Part shown: positions 33,801-48,200 of the stretch, one piece after another
Layout of the letters: each line of letters starts with the position of its first letter
Position numbering within the stretch: position 1 is the first letter of the stretch
Assembly: GCF_009914755.1 (NCBI RefSeq)
Contig: NC_060930.1
Source: the human T2T-CHM13v2.0 reference genome, Homo sapiens
Direction: 5' to 3' (one strand)
DNA length: 64,000 nucleotides
Made by a program: the position numbers and the translations under genes
The notes under the pieces: generated by a model
Databases searched by the model: none
Seen by the model: the letters and a program-made list of their open reading frames with translations, nothing else
What the model was told of the DNA's origin: nothing

Positions 33801-34711
33801 TAACAAAGACAACAGCAGACATTTGGAGCTTCACTTTGAGAGAATTCTCTTGAAACAAGAACTTTCATTTATTTCCTTCCTTGCTTTGGACTGTAGATGT
33901 CCTAGCAGATAGCTGCAGAGAGTTAGCCACTCCACTCACCCATGTCGTCACCAGGAAGAGGAGATTTGGAGGAAAGAAGGTTAGACTTCAGCAACATCAA
34001 CACAGTTACGTGAATGGGTTTAAAATATCCGTTTTTCAAGGATCGCACTTAGTCCTTGGTCACAAAGGTCACTAGAAACTCTTTCCCTACCCCTGCCAAG
34101 GACCAGTGTTTACCTTTATTTATTCCTAAGATTCCCATGATTTTAGGCTAAAACCATGTTTCTCCTGATTTCAAACAATAGTCAGGTTCTCAGCAAGTCA
34201 CATGTTCATCTGAAGTTTTGCAATTGGAACCATTCTCTATGCATCAGCAGAGCTTCATATTAAAGATTTCTCTGGAATTGATTTGCAACAATAATGATCA
34301 ATCCTTCAGTTTATCTTTTGCTGGAGTGGGGATTTCTTAATGTGATAAAGACAGGCTCTCTTTACGAAGCCCTGCTGATCTTGAGAGTGCAGAGCACAAC
34401 TGGTATCCGAGACCTTGTAGGACAATTAAGTGCCCAGAGATGAATGAGGGCGTCATTAACATTTTAATCATACACCTGAAATTAATTAAAGCCAACCTAG
34501 GGATTGAGGTGCTCCAGGCCAGAAAAAAAGTGGAATGATGATGTTATGTTGTAGGTATGTACATTATCACATCTTACGCTGGCAGAATGTTTTAAAATTA
34601 CAAATGGCACTTATTTCCATTTATTAGTTCATATGAACATCAACTCAGCCGTATAAATGTGTGAGGGATTCTTATTTTGAGGAAAGAGAGGCTCAGTGAT
34701 ATTAAGTGACA

Positions 34712-35077
34712 GGCTCAGGCCATTCCTTCTGCTATAACAAAATGACTTTAGACTGGGTAATATATAAATAATAGAAATTTATTTTTCACAGTTCTGGAAG
34801 CTGAAAAGTCTTAAATCAAGATACCAGCAGATTTCATATCTAATAAGGGCTTGTTTCTATTTCCAAGAAGAAGATATCTTCTGTCTGTGTCCTCATGCAG
34901 CAGAAGAAGCTAAAGGATAAGAAGAGACAAACTCACTCCCTCAAGCCCTTTTATAAGGGGCACTAATCCCATTCCTGAGGGCAGATTCCTCGTGGCCTAA
35001 TCACCTCCCAGTGGTTCCACATCTTAATACAATCACCTTGGGGTTCAGCTTCCAACACAGAAATTTTAGAGGGACAC
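34712..35077 (-). mobile_element. MaLR solo LTR (MLT1A/MSTD-like)
   Basis: ctgctataacaaaat...cacagttctggaagctg...cactaatcccatt...ctaatcacctccca. Confidence 0.8.
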
Positions 35078-35080
35078 TGA

Positions 35081-35846
35081 CTGTTGACCCTTAAACAACA
35101 TGGTTTTGAACCATGAGGGTCCACTTACAGGCAGGTTTCCTTCTGCTTCTGCCACCACTGAGACCACAAGACCACCACCCCCACTCCTCCTCAGCCAACT
35201 CAACATCAACATGATGAAGACAAAGACCCTTATGATGATCCACTTCCATTTCATGAATAGTAAATATAGTTTCTCTTCTTTATGATTTTCTTAATGACAT
35301 TTTCTTTGCTCTGGTTTATTTTATTGTAGGAATATAGTATATAATACACATAACATACTAAGTATGTGTTAATTGACTGTTTATGTTGTTGGTGAGGCTT
35401 CTGGTCAACAGTAGGCTGTTAGTAATTAAGTTTCAGGGGAATTGAAAGTTCCACACAGGCTGGGTGCAGTGGTTCATGCCTGTAATCCTAGCACATTGGG
35501 AGGCTGAGGCGAGAGGACCACTTGAGCTCAGGAGTTAGAGACCAGCCAGGGCAACATGGCAGAAACCTCATCTCCACTAAAGGTATTTTTAAAATTAGCC
35601 GAATGTGGTAGTGCATACCTGTAGTCCCAGCTACTCGAGAGGCTGAGGCAAGAGAATCATCTGAGCCGGGTGGGGCATGGGGGGTGGTCGAGGTTGCAAT
35701 GAGCTGTGATCACACTACTGCTCTCCAACCTGGGTGATAGAGCAAGCCCTTGTTAAAAAAAAAACAAAAAGTTCCTATGCAGATTTTTCTCTCCATAGGG
35801 GTGGGAGTCAGTGCTCCTAACTCCCACACTGTTCAAGGGTCTAATG
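35081..35846 (+). mobile_element. Tigger2a, second copy, interrupted by an AluJ
   Basis: ctgttgacccttaaacaaca...tgttcaagggtc; same internal motifs as 5053-5815. Confidence 0.9.
35458..35766 (+). mobile_element. AluJ with small G-rich insert at about 35671-35685
   Basis: Dimer; TSD-like aaagttcc on both sides. Confidence 0.9.
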
Positions 35847-36318
35847 GCATATTAAAACCATACCAGGGATAACCCTAAAAAAGGACAAAGGAGACAAAGG
35901 CCACAATCCCAAGGGCACAGCCCTGAAAAGGCAGTAGGCCAGGAGTCGCTGCACAGCCCAGAGCACCACTCGCACAGTGTCCAGGATCTTTGCCCACAGG
36001 GACGTCCGCATGGAAGACATGGGAAATGAGGTTCTTCTGACAGCTCGGCCGCTGACCACCTGTGGTCTTGGAAAATCACTTTAATTCTTGGGCTTCCCTT
36101 GTCTCATCTTTAAAAGCGAGGAGGGTGGACTATAAAATGAACCCTAAAGCCCCTTAAGATTTGACCTTCTACATACCTGCTCTGGATGGAGATAGTGGAG
36201 ATGAGCTGCATGTATTGGTAAAAGACAGTAGGAAATGTGCTTTGGGAGCCTTGGGCTGATAGTCCGCCTGCTCCTTAGTGATGTGTTATCACAAGTACTT
36301 TGCTTTTTCAAAAAGTAG

Positions 36319-36560
36319 GGCCAGGTGTGATGGCTCACACCTGTAACTCCAGCACTTTGGGAGGCCAGAGGCAGGCAGATCACTTGAGTCCAGGAGTTTG
36401 AGACCAGCCTGGGCAACATGGCAAGATCAAGTCTCTACAAAAAAATACAAAAATTAGCCAAGAGTGGTGGCCCATACCTGTGGTCCCAGCTACTAGGGAG
36501 GCTGAGGTGAGTGAGACCCCGTCTCAAAAAAAAAAAAAAAAAAAAGAAAGAAGAGAAAAA
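36319..36560 (+). mobile_element. AluJ with deletion of most of the right arm
   Basis: ...ggaggctgaggt joined directly to gagtgagaccccgtctc, then poly-A. Confidence 0.88.
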
Positions 36561-36882
36561 GAAATAGGCACACATGTGTCAAGCCATAAGCAGGGTAAGC
36601 TCAGAGCCAGAGGGTATTTGTCCTTGAACTAGGATGGGAGACAGAACAAAACAGAACCCGGTGCTGGCCATCTAAGAGCAGAGAGCAGAGCAGTGAGAAA
36701 TGAGGTCACCCTCACTGGCCTCTGCACAACTCTCAGTTGGTTCCTCCTGGGGTTGGCTTTCAGATTATTGTTTGGTTTTCTCCGAACCAGGAGCATATGG
36801 TTTTGCCTCACCAAGAAGGTCAGAAACTAAATACCCGGACTGTGACTAGCCTGGTCCTTGCCTGAGGAACTAAGCCTGTCAC

Positions 36883-37120
36883 CGTATCTCTCTCCAGATT
36901 CCTCCAACCTCTACGTTTGACCAACTGGACTTGTGCCACAAGCAGGAACGGACCTCACATCCCATCCTGTTGCTAGTGTTCTTCCCTCCCTCCCCCATTT
37001 TGCAATTCAGAACACAGCGGGTCTTCATTGGCAGTCTGTCAGTGGGTATTAAAGGTCCCAACGGTTTAAAGTGTACTCTGCGGCATTCAACAGAAGTAGG
37101 ACTGGATTGACGTCCAGATG
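36883..37120 (-). other. Weak candidate exon (238 nt)
   Basis: Minus acceptor ttctccttttag|CATC; weak donor ACG|gtgaca; unique sequence with several CpGs. Confidence 0.22.
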
Positions 37121-39214
37121 CTAAAAGGAGAACGATTCCTTCATTTAGCATCCCATGAAAACCACAGTCCTATGTTTACAATAACTAGAACATCTATAGC
37201 AAGTAACAATTTCTTTCTATCATTGTCTGTTGTCATCAGAACAGACCAATTTATAAGATCACAGAGCTAATTTTGTTTTATTTTACTTAATGGGTCTGCT
37301 CTTTGCAAACCAACTGAGTATTCTATAAAATAATAAATGGTACCATAGTGGCAGGAAGAGTTCTCTTCCAGCTCCCAAAGCACAGCTTTCTACCTGGCAG
37401 GATATGGATCACTGGTTTTCAGTCCATATTACTTCCTAGAAGGTGTGGGCTGCAAAGGAGTTATGCTTTATGTATTCCAGTGTTTGAAACACAGCTCTTT
37501 TAGCCCACAGAAGAGTACTCTGTATTGAGACACTCCTCTGGCAGGGTCTTCACATCTTCGCAGACCAACCTTGTGAGGTAGAAATCTAGCAATGGACTTT
37601 CCATTTGACAGAGGAAGAAACTGACAGAGAGAAGAGAGGAGCTGTTTGTCCAGGCCATGTTTGTCCGGAAACACATGCCTGGCTTTCAGACTCGTTTTGC
37701 TCCATATCACCAGCTCTGGGTGTCAGCGGTAAAAGCTGTCTAAAGCAAAGGCCCTTGATAGTCAACATGGATCTCCTTCCATCTTGGAAATATTTTTGGC
37801 ATCCTGGTAGATAACCTAATAATGCCCTTGGCAGCTCCTCCAAGCAAGTTAACTTTGGTAACATGTTAACCAATGTTATAACCTTGCCATCTAGATAGAA
37901 GATTTCCACAAGTTAGCCTCTCTTCAAGGGAGAAAGAAGAAGTCATAAACGGGTACAATTGTCCAAAAATTCCCCCTGGCATTTTCACCATCACTGGGCA
38001 GAGATTGTTCTTCCCAATTATAAAACGTACTTTAATCCCAAAACAATTGCCTAAGTCTTATGCCTTGGGAAAGAAAATGAACCATGACGACATCTCTAAA
38101 GACAATTCCAAATGTTTTAGAGAACTGTTATATCGAAAGGAGCATGGGAACAGATTTTCATAGTCCCTGTCCAACCATCGCAATTATTTTTTAGTTTCAT
38201 ACCCTGAATAGTTGATCTTCAAAATGCCCAAGTTGATACCAGGCCATTCAAAGCTGTTTAAAAGTAAGCTGACACTTGAGGAATAACAGTCACAGTCATA
38301 ATACAATCTAACATCTCTACAATGCTTGAGAGTTGACCGTGTATCTTTCCATTTATCATATTTAATCCCCACAACTTCTCTAAATTGGCCTCTCTTATCC
38401 TCATTTTGTAAATTAACAAGTGTGGCCAAAAATGGCCAGAAATGGTGTTCCTGTCCCAGTTTTCTAAATTGAAATCTAAAAGCTTCTTTCATGATACCAA
38501 AAATAAATCTCAGCCATGCCAATTCTATTTACAACATATATTGGGGAATCTTAAATCAAAAAAAAAAAAAAAAAGAATAACTTTACATTGCCATAATTGT
38601 GTATGGACTGATCTTGAAAATGGGTAAAACATTATCATACAAATCAACAGGATTAAGTACTGAACACCATTATTTGGCAGCTGAGCTTTGAGACCTTGCA
38701 CAATGCTGTGCCCATCTTAGAATGTTTTCCCAAAAACCAACCAAAATTACTCCAGTTCTCTGGGGCAGAAATCTTTTGGCTCTCCCATGGCTTGCCTGTG
38801 TATTTCAGGAGATTTCATCATCTCATCTCATCTCAGTCTCTCATATGCCCCCAGGGGAGGAGACTTCAAATTCTGGGTAGAGTTCTACACTGTCAACATC
38901 TATAGGGTGCAGGTGATTTGTAAAACAGTGTTCAGCAGCCACAGTCTATTCCCTGAAACTTCCTTGCAAAAGAACAAATCACCCCCTCACTGACTACCAA
39001 GTGAATGCAATTTAGGGCTGCATGTTATGGGCCTAGGGGAAAAGGCCAGGTATAGACTTGACCTGGAGAGAACAAAGATAAAGATGTTTGGGCAGCAATT
39101 GATGTTAATTGTTTGTCTCCTCAATTAGAATTTTAATCTTTCTTCACTGGTTGTTTTTCCCAACTCTTAAGACAGTATCTGGCAAATAATCAGGATTAAA
39201 TGAATGTGTGTTAG

Positions 39215-39407
39215 AAGGGAAGGAAAGAAGAGAAGCATAGAGAGACAAAGGCTAGGGAAAAAAAGGAAGAGAGGGTATGGATGGAAGGAAGGAAGAAAGG
39301 AAGGAAGGAGAGGAGGAAGGGAGGAAAAAAGGAGGGGAGGGAGGGCAGGAGAGAGGGAGAGGGGAAAAAGGGAGGGAAGGGTTGGGGGAGGGAGGAAGGG
39401 AGGGACA
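39215..39407 (+). repeat. Purine-rich (GGAA/GGGA) low-complexity tract
   Basis: About 190 bp, nearly all A/G. Confidence 0.9.
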
Positions 39408-40317
39408 GGGCTTATTTTTCTAAGGCTGCCTCCAGGAAAACAGAGCAGGGATAAGTAGGTTCAAGTTGGTAAGCTTTTAAATCTTATCACAATGTCTTGC
39501 TTCCCCACCTCCCTCCCCCTGTAGAGTCAGCACATCCAGCCTAGAAGCAAGACTCTCCTCCTACATTACAAACAAGAGTGTCTGCCTAGGAGGGAATGTC
39601 TTCATCATAGAAAAAAATGCACCCTTTCCCACTGTGTCTAAATTCCTCCAGGTTTCCTCCCTTGGCCCCAGGAGCCCAAACAGCCTTGGACCTGCATCCC
39701 TGAGGGAGGTCTTCCAGCCTCACTGGGAGTCCAGCCTTTCTGTCCAGCCCATTAGCTGCACCATGGAGCCCAAGTGTGGCTCATCTTTCTAGCCTTGGCT
39801 TTGCTCGTGCTCCACAAACAAATGGATGGGTCAGCCCAGAATATCCAGCCTGTTTCCTGCAGAAGCCATGTTTTCTCTCATATCCCAAACCTTCGTCAGG
39901 TGGGTTCTGTTTCCAGTTTATAATGGGCCCCCTCCCCAACATTCTCAGCCTCCTCACACAGCTTCTAAAGGGCTAGGGGTATCATGTTCTCCAGCTCCGC
40001 AGACACCTGTTGCTTGCCCTCAGCTCCTGACTCCCCAGTTCGCAGGGTCAGTACCACTTAAAGATGTATTCAGTGCAGAGAGAAGGGAATTTCTCCTGTG
40101 CTGTTAGTTGCCTCAGCTTTGTCCCCAGCTCCTCTGGCTGGTTTGGTTACTGCCCTGTGTTTAGATCAGAGCTAAAATTTGGGGGTTTTTTAGCTACTTC
40201 TGAAGGACTGCTCCCAGGCTGTGAGTATTGATGGGTAACCACAGGGAATGCCTTCAGAGGTTCTTCCACTTACTTACAAGGACTATGCTAATCCCTTTTT
40301 TTAGGAATTGGGGAGTG

Positions 40318-40551
40318 AGGGAAGGAAGGAAGGAAGGAAGGAAGGAGGGAGGACATTAGCATTACAAGGACAATGCTACTCCCTTTTTTAACATTACAAG
40401 AACAATGACCTCACAAGAACAATGCTAAGCCCTTGTTCTTAGGAAGGAGGGAGGGAAGGAAGGCAGGAAGGCAGGAAGACAGGAAGGAAGGGAGGGAGGG
40501 AGGAAAGAAGGGAAGGAAGGAAGGAAGAGAGGGAGGGAGGGAGGAAGGAAG
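40318..40551 (+). repeat. (GGAA)n/(GGGA)n microsatellite interrupted by a patch at 40354-40440
   Basis: gaaggaaggaagg... on both sides of the patch. Confidence 0.9.
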
Positions 40552-40589
40552 TTGGCTTCACTAAGCAACTTTTACAAACTAGACCCAGC

Positions 40590-40770
40590 CCAAAGTGCTT
40601 TACCTGTAACACCTCTTTTATTCTCAGGATCAATTCTGTAATGAGGTGCATATTATCATCCATATTTTACAGAAGAGAAAACTGAGGTTCAGAGCAGTTA
40701 AGTAAAGTGATCATGATCACACAGCTAATAAATGGTCGAGGTGGTACCCCAAACCATAGACGTCTGATCC
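40590..40770 (-). mobile_element. MIR
   Basis: attttacagaagagaaaactgaggttcagagcagttaagtaa, MIR core. Confidence 0.75.
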
Positions 40771-41142
40771 TTTGGACAGTTCTAGATTTTCCTCCCACTA
40801 CCTCCTCCTCCTGGATTGCTGTCTTAATCCCTATACTATGGTATCTACCTTTCTGGGAAATCTAAGAATTTATTAACGAGTGTACTTTTTCTGCCTCTAT
40901 TGGCTTTATGGAGAAGGAGTATCTTTTATGTAAAAATGAAATATAAATGTTTGTCTCATAAAAATAAAAAACTCCACTTTTTCATGAAATCACAGAAATT
41001 GTCAATGAGAGCTGTCTTGTCAAAGTAAACAAAACTACTACACCCACAGAGAGTAAAACAGAAAAGCTGGCTCTACTCAAGATTTATTTTGCAACTGATT
41101 CAGATTAAGGGGAGGCTCTTAGGGAATTTTACTTTAGGAACT

Positions 41143-41552
41143 ATATCAGAGGCTGTAATACCCATTCTCCCCATCTCTAACAATGGAACTCCCACATTGT
41201 ACTTGGGCACAGCCCTTCAGATGAAGACTACATTTCCCAGGCTCCCTTGCAGCTTGGTGTGGCCATGTGATCAAGTTATAGCCAATGAGATGTGAGCAGA
41301 AGGATAAATACCACTTCTAGGTCACAGCCCTGGGAAACAACACAAACCCATGGTTCTGGCTTTTTTCCTCCTTCCTGCTGGCTGCAGCTGTAGCTGCTTC
41401 CTTGGACCCAGCCCCAGCCTGCTGACCTCTGCACACTGTTACATAAGAGAAAAGGAAACTTCAATCCTATTTACATCACTATAATTCAAGATCTTTCTTT
41501 TTTTAATACCTTATCTTTAAGGAAAAGATAAGCCTGTGCCCTAACAAATACA
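41143..41552 (+). mobile_element. Old MaLR LTR (MLT1J/I-like)
   Basis: aagactacatttcccaggctcccttgcagcttggtgtggccatgtga...gccaatgagatgtgagcagaag. Confidence 0.7.
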
Positions 41553-41727
41553 GGGGCTCAGGACTTCCACCTTAACAGTACGACTGACAAGGAACACATT
41601 TAAATTGTGATTTATTCAAGTCTCATGTTCATTTGAGTTTTTAATTATATGTCAATCGATTTACCAATCAGTTAATATTTTTGGTCATCTGCTCCATTCA
41701 AGGCACTCTACTTGGCACTAAGATAAA

Positions 41728-42095
41728 CAGACAGTCCCTGACTTACAATGTTCAACTGAACGATTTTATGATGTTATGATGGTGCGAAACTCGTATGCAT
41801 TCAGTAGAAGCCGTATTTCAAGTACCCATACAACCATTCTGTTTTTCACTTTCAGTACAGTATTCAATAAATTATATGATATTTTCAAGACTTGTTTATA
41901 AAATAGGCTTTGCATTAGAGGTGTCTGCCTAGCTGCAGGTTCATGTAAGTGTTCTGAGCATGTTTCAGGTAGGCTACGCTAAGCTACGATAAGTTCAGTT
42001 GATGAGGTGCACTTAATGCATTTTCAACCTACAATATTTTGAAGTTATGATGGCTTTACTGGGACCTTACTCCATTGTAAGTCGAGGAGCATCTG
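41728..42095 (-). mobile_element. MER47A (TcMar-Tigger family)
   Basis: TIRs cagacagtccctgacttacaatg / cattgtaagtcgaggagcatctg; internal agtacccatacaaccattctg. Confidence 0.85.
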
Positions 42096-42964
42096 TGTAT
42101 GACGTTATCCAGCCCTTAAGAACTTCATCCTCAAGCCAGGAAGACCAAACGGACACAAAAATACTTCAGAGCAGTGCTGTACATTATTAACCTCCACACA
42201 AGAGGCACCAATGGCGAGCATGGTGGAGCTATGCAACTTAAACCTTCATGAATAACACCATTCCAGGGTCAAGGGGTCTCCCAATTTGAGATAAGATTTT
42301 GTGGTGTTTGAATCTGTTTTTCCTTTCCCAAATCACTTATTTTCCCTCTGCTTCAAATTCTCCAGTTATGGATGGTCCCAGGCTGATTATCAATGTCTTC
42401 TTCCTTTTGACTTTATGACTTGGACTCCCAGCGCCTCCAATATGTCTTCCTGTTTCTGGTCCTAGAGGACATGGAATTGGTCCCAGTCCATTGCATATTT
42501 TGTTTTTAAGTCATGCACTGTTAATATTTGAGATAATCTCTCAGTACCTCTGTTCCTGCTGCCCATATAACAAATATCTGTGTGTTGTCCTATTGGCCCG
42601 TGTTGTGCCTCATGCTGAGTGACTCAAGAGCCAGAGAAAAGTGGCTATGTAAATTGGCCTGGATGTCCAGGCACCAAAACTAGAAAAGGAAAGGACAAGC
42701 AGGCCTGAACAAAATCAGGAGATGGATTGATGAAGAGAGGAGTAATATACATGGATTTTCATTCCATGTCATAGACATACAAATCTGGAGCTGGATCTTT
42801 AAACTAATCAATTGTTTCATTGTTCGCTAAAGGGGAGGGTAATGTCTGTCCACAATATTGACCAACATTAAATAAAACACACACACAAGAAATGGAGTTT
42901 CATCTGTCACTTTGGATTAGTTACCTCTCCAAGACAGGCATGTGGGGGAACTGGAAACATTTCT

Positions 42965-43272
42965 TTCTTTTTTTTTTTTTTTTTTTTTTTGCGATAGAGT
43001 CTCATTCTGTCACCCAGGCTGGAGTGCAGGAGCCTGATCACAGCTCACTGTAACATCCGTCTCCCGAGTTCAAGCGATCCTCCCACCTCAGCCTCCTGAG
43101 TAGCTGGGATTATAGGCATGCACCACCATGACTGGCTAATTTTTGTGTTTTTAGTAGAGACAGGGTTTTGCCATGTTGTTCAGGCGGGCCTTGAACTCCT
43201 GGCCCCAAGTGATTCACCCGCCTCAGCCTCCCAAAGTGCTGGGATTACAGGCGTGAGCCACTGAGCCCGGCC
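42965..43272 (-). mobile_element. Alu (older S/Jb-like)
   Basis: TSD gaactggaaacatttct / gaactggagacatttct. Confidence 0.93.
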
Positions 43273-44350
43273 AGAACTGGAGACATTTCTAAATGTTATG
43301 TGAAATTGAGAGTGGTCTCCATCTAGCTATGAGGGAACCACATGTGATACAGAGAAAAGAGAATTTGATTTTGTGTTAGAGGAGCTTCTCCACTACTTAC
43401 TACCAGTGTAACTCATCGGGTGACAGTATTTTCATGTCTAAAAATGGAATAGCAATGCAGGAGTGCCCTGTAAATTACTGAGAAATGAAAGTGCCTGGTA
43501 CACTGCTTGACCCAGAGTAACTAATCATGAATTGCTAACTCAATCAGAAATGGACTTTTTAAAATGCTAACATCTGTTCTAAAATGAAAAGAAGAACCTA
43601 GAGTGACACGGAGAGAAGGGCTGACAGAATGTGATACGCAAAGACTAAGAAAATGATGCCTGGGCAGAAACCTACCTCTGCTAAAAAGAAGGGATTTCAG
43701 AAAACATGAGAAAACTGGCAAAGCCACAGCATGAAGCGACAGAGAAATGTGTAGGGATGCTCTGAAGCCAGAGGGGATCTCCAAGGACATGAACCCAGGA
43801 AAGAAAAAGAATAATTCATTGAATTCCTCTAGGAGCAGGACAACGGAGCAGTCTTAGCCTAACAGAGACTGGACGGTGCATAGGGATTATTTTCAGCCAC
43901 AGATGAGGGAGGGGACTTGCAGAACTTCAAGGAAATCTATGAAGGGAAACTGGAGAGTGATACAAAAGCCTGAGTTAAACTGCATAAAGAATAGTTTGCA
44001 ATTCTACATACCTATCATTTGCCAGATAGTTGCAGAGTTGGCCCCAGTAGATTTCCATATGTTGTGCTAAAATCGCACTGGAGGCTGACTGAGCATTTGT
44101 GGCTTTTCAGAGATGCCAGTTTTGGTGAGGGGGTTGGGGGTTGCTGGGGGCAGTCACCTGCATCGTGCAAGGATAGAAATAAATGATATCATCCCTAGGG
44201 CACAGAAAGCAGAGCTGTGGGGGCCTCTGGGTCGTGTCCCTCCCCGCTGCCACTCCTGCACACCTGTGCTAGCAAACACTCCAGATTCTGGTCTCTGGGC
44301 CCACCCGGAGCCTGTGCTGTTCCTCGACTTGTAAATTTTAAAACCTTTTC

Positions 44351-44644
<294 letters not shown>

Positions 44645-46514
44645 CTAAAACATTTTCTTTTGCAGAGTGAAAGACCAAGTAATCTGGAGTCCACCAGCCC
44701 TCCCCTCACTTGTGTACAGCAGTTTGGTCACTGCAGAAACATCCACCCTGGCTGGTGGGTAAATACCCCATAAGACAGAAAAATGACTTCCTCCAAGGGA
44801 CTCCTGATAATTAGACAAGACAGTGGAGAAATTCCTTCCCTGAGCCCCTGATTTCAAGGCCATGGCTACATCCATGATAAGGTATGTTTCTGCTTTGCTT
44901 TCTCCAGAGAATCAGGGAGAAATCCCACTCCATCCCACCACTACAGCCCCCGGCTCGTGAGCAGAGCTCACGAGGTGGTGGTACCTTCTCCATCCCCACG
45001 CCTGGGGCACAGGGAAGAGCAAGGAAATTCTCAGAACAATGCAGCATAAGACATGATTTCTCCATGGGTCCCAACCTTCCCTTTCATGGGTCTCCAGTCC
45101 TGCCTCCCATTCTGCACTCTGCACCCCCATCTTTGCAGAGCCATCCCTAAGTCACACGCACCGTGGAAGAGAGGAGACAGGGTAACAGCACTGTGCCTGC
45201 CACCTGACCACAAGCCCAGGCAAAACTGTGGTTTGACCCACATGGGGCGGGCAGATGGCTCTGTTAATGCCTGTGCTTCCCTCAGACCGCTCCAAGCCCT
45301 AAGGCATGAGGGAGGATCTGTCAGCACAGGCAGCTCATCCACCCGGCTCTCACCACCCAGTTTCAGCAGGACTGAAAGACCGCGGTGCACTTTTGCTTCC
45401 CTGGACACTCAAAAAGCTCAGTGATGTTTATTTTCCTTTGCTCAGTCTCCTCTTTTCACCACCAGGACAGTGTGAAGTCAAAAATCTGTGCTCAGCACAA
45501 GACACAGCAGAGAAAGAGGAAGAAACTGGCACAAAATATTTTCTCCAGCGTGCTGCCTGGGGAGCCTGGCTTTGACTTCGACATGTGCTGGAGGTGTGGT
45601 GTCCAAAGTAAACCTTTTGAACTGTTTTTTTGGAACCTCCAAAAAGACCTCGCACATCAAAGGGGATCTGATCCCCCATGAGGTGCATAGCAGGCATCGT
45701 TAAGCATTTTGCATGAATCAAACACCTTCTGAAAAAGAAAGGAAGCCCAAACTCATAGCACATGGCCAGCCCGTGTCCCCGACCACAGGCAGCCTCGAGC
45801 ACATGCTCACCACATGGCTTCGCCTGGTTGGGTGGAATCAAACCCTGCAGAGGCACAGGGGCTTCTCCATCACAGGAGCCGCTCTCTGTGCACTCCCAGG
45901 CTGGGATACAATGGGGCTGCTTGTTGGAGCAGCCTCACGACCCCGGCCTAGGCCCGCCTCAGGGGAGCCCAGGCAAACTCTGACTCCAGTCACAAGGGGA
46001 GCCCTGCTGGGCCGCCCCACCCCAAACGCCGAGGCAGGATGCAATCTGGGGCTGAATACAGAGTCCAGTGTGAGTCCTTGGCACGGCGCCCAGAAAGCCA
46101 CGCAGCAGCGATGGGCTTGGTGGAGAATTCCAGGCTCTGAAAGAAAGCAGAGCAGGGAACAGAGCCGGAGCCTTGAGCCTCTTCTGTCATCTTCCCTCCT
46201 GGAATTCATTCGGCTTACCACAGGCAGCTGCAGCCATGGGCAGAGCATGAGCTCAAACTTCAGAGGCCATGGTTGCCCAGACAGTCCCAGAAACTGATGA
46301 CACGTGCTTCTCTTGACCTGCCTGAGGAGGAAGGAGCTTTCAGGCCCTTTCCCAACAGCTATGCTACCTGCACAGTGGCAGCCATCCTTTGAGGGCAGAA
46401 GGAAGGGATTTAGAAATCACTTGTGCCCTCTCAATAACCTTCAAAGTGCCCGGGAGACACCAACCCTCAGATTTCACTGGAGGTACATACAGCAGTTTTT
46501 AAAACAAGATTCTG

Positions 46515-46823
<309 letters not shown>

Positions 46824-47289
46824 GGTGCTATCATTCCTGACAATTGCCTCTTTAAAAGTCGTCTTCTCTGGTTAGCAAAGTTCTAGGTTCAGGAAAAGAA
46901 AAGTGTTTAAAACCACTAATGCAACCTGATTGGTAAGAGTTTTAATTAGCAGTTCCAAAACTGTGCACATTCTGAGCTTTTAATTAATATGCACAATTTC
47001 CGTTGCATTTTACTTCAATAAGAGCTATATAAAACCAGTGAGTGGGTGACATTCCATTCAAAAAAGAACTAGAAGAAGAAGGGGGCAGGAGAGTTGAATT
47101 TGGAGGAACAGAGAAGGCAAATGAGTCTCATAATTCTCTAAATTATGCCTTTATAAATAAACATTGTCACCTACACCTCTCATTGGAAGCCCTTCAGCTC
47201 ATGCCCAATCAACCCCTGGAATCATTTTAACACACTGACACCCTGAACTGTGGGCCCAGACGCTGGGGATGCCAGCCAGATAATCCTCC

Positions 47290-48200
47290 CCTCATTCCAC
47301 AAATACGGACTGAGGATGCTACATGCCAGGTACAGGCAGGTACCAAAGATGCCAAGGTGAGAGAGTTGGTCCCCACCCTCCAAGGAGCTCATAGTTTTAT
47401 AGATGATCACATAAGGAGAAAAACAAAAGCTCTATGTCTAGACCACAGACACCTCAGGGGCAGAAACACTGTCTCATTTATTCTTGTACTGCCGTCATCT
47501 AGCCAGGGTCTAAGCAGAGTAGGCAATTATTAAATGTCTGTTGAATGAATACAGGGTGAAAAATGTGTGCCTCCACACATACAGTGGTGCAGCAAAGCAG
47601 GGCAGGATCAACCCTGCTTGGTGGGGTAGACCCAGATGACAGTTTCCTGGCATGCTCAAGCAAGGCCACACCAGTAGTTATCCATGGCATCTGTTCTAAC
47701 TGCTCAGAACCCAATCAGACAGGTTGTTAAATATTTTTATTATCATCTACCTGGAGAAAGGTGAGATCCCAGAGCTGGATCTTAAAGACAAAATGAGAGC
47801 CTCTTAAAGTTGGGAAGGACATTCTGAACACAAGGACCAGTGCAGACAACATCAAGGAGACCTGAGCTTTGCCACACAAGTTGGGGATTGGGAAGAGGGA
47901 GGTGGGATCCTGCAGAGCCTCATCTCCTGTGCAGGGTTGCTTAGACTTTATCCTGAAGGCCATGAGGGGTCAGCACAAGGCTTTCATCAGGAAGAGCCTT
48001 GAACACTCTGATGGAAAAAGAGACAGGTCTGGGAAAAGAAACAGTTGGAGGCTTTAGAAATGGGCAAGTAAAAAAATGTCAGAGTCAGAGGTAAGACATG
48101 GGCAGAAGGGATGCATAAATACAGGGATAATTGGGAGGCAGGCTCTCTTTACACAAGATTCAGGAATGTATTGGAAGCGGAGGATAAGAGAAGAGAGCTT
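47290..48200. mobile_element. Cluster of L2 fragments
   Basis: L2 3' end taaatgtctgttgaatgaat at about 47531-47550; ttagactttatcctgaaggccatgagg; boundaries approximate. Confidence 0.45.

Noticed and set aside
45713-46297. 194-aa ORF in a GC-richer unique segment
   Set aside because: No domain recognised, and several frames are open on both strands. It would need Ribo-seq or PhyloCSF support.
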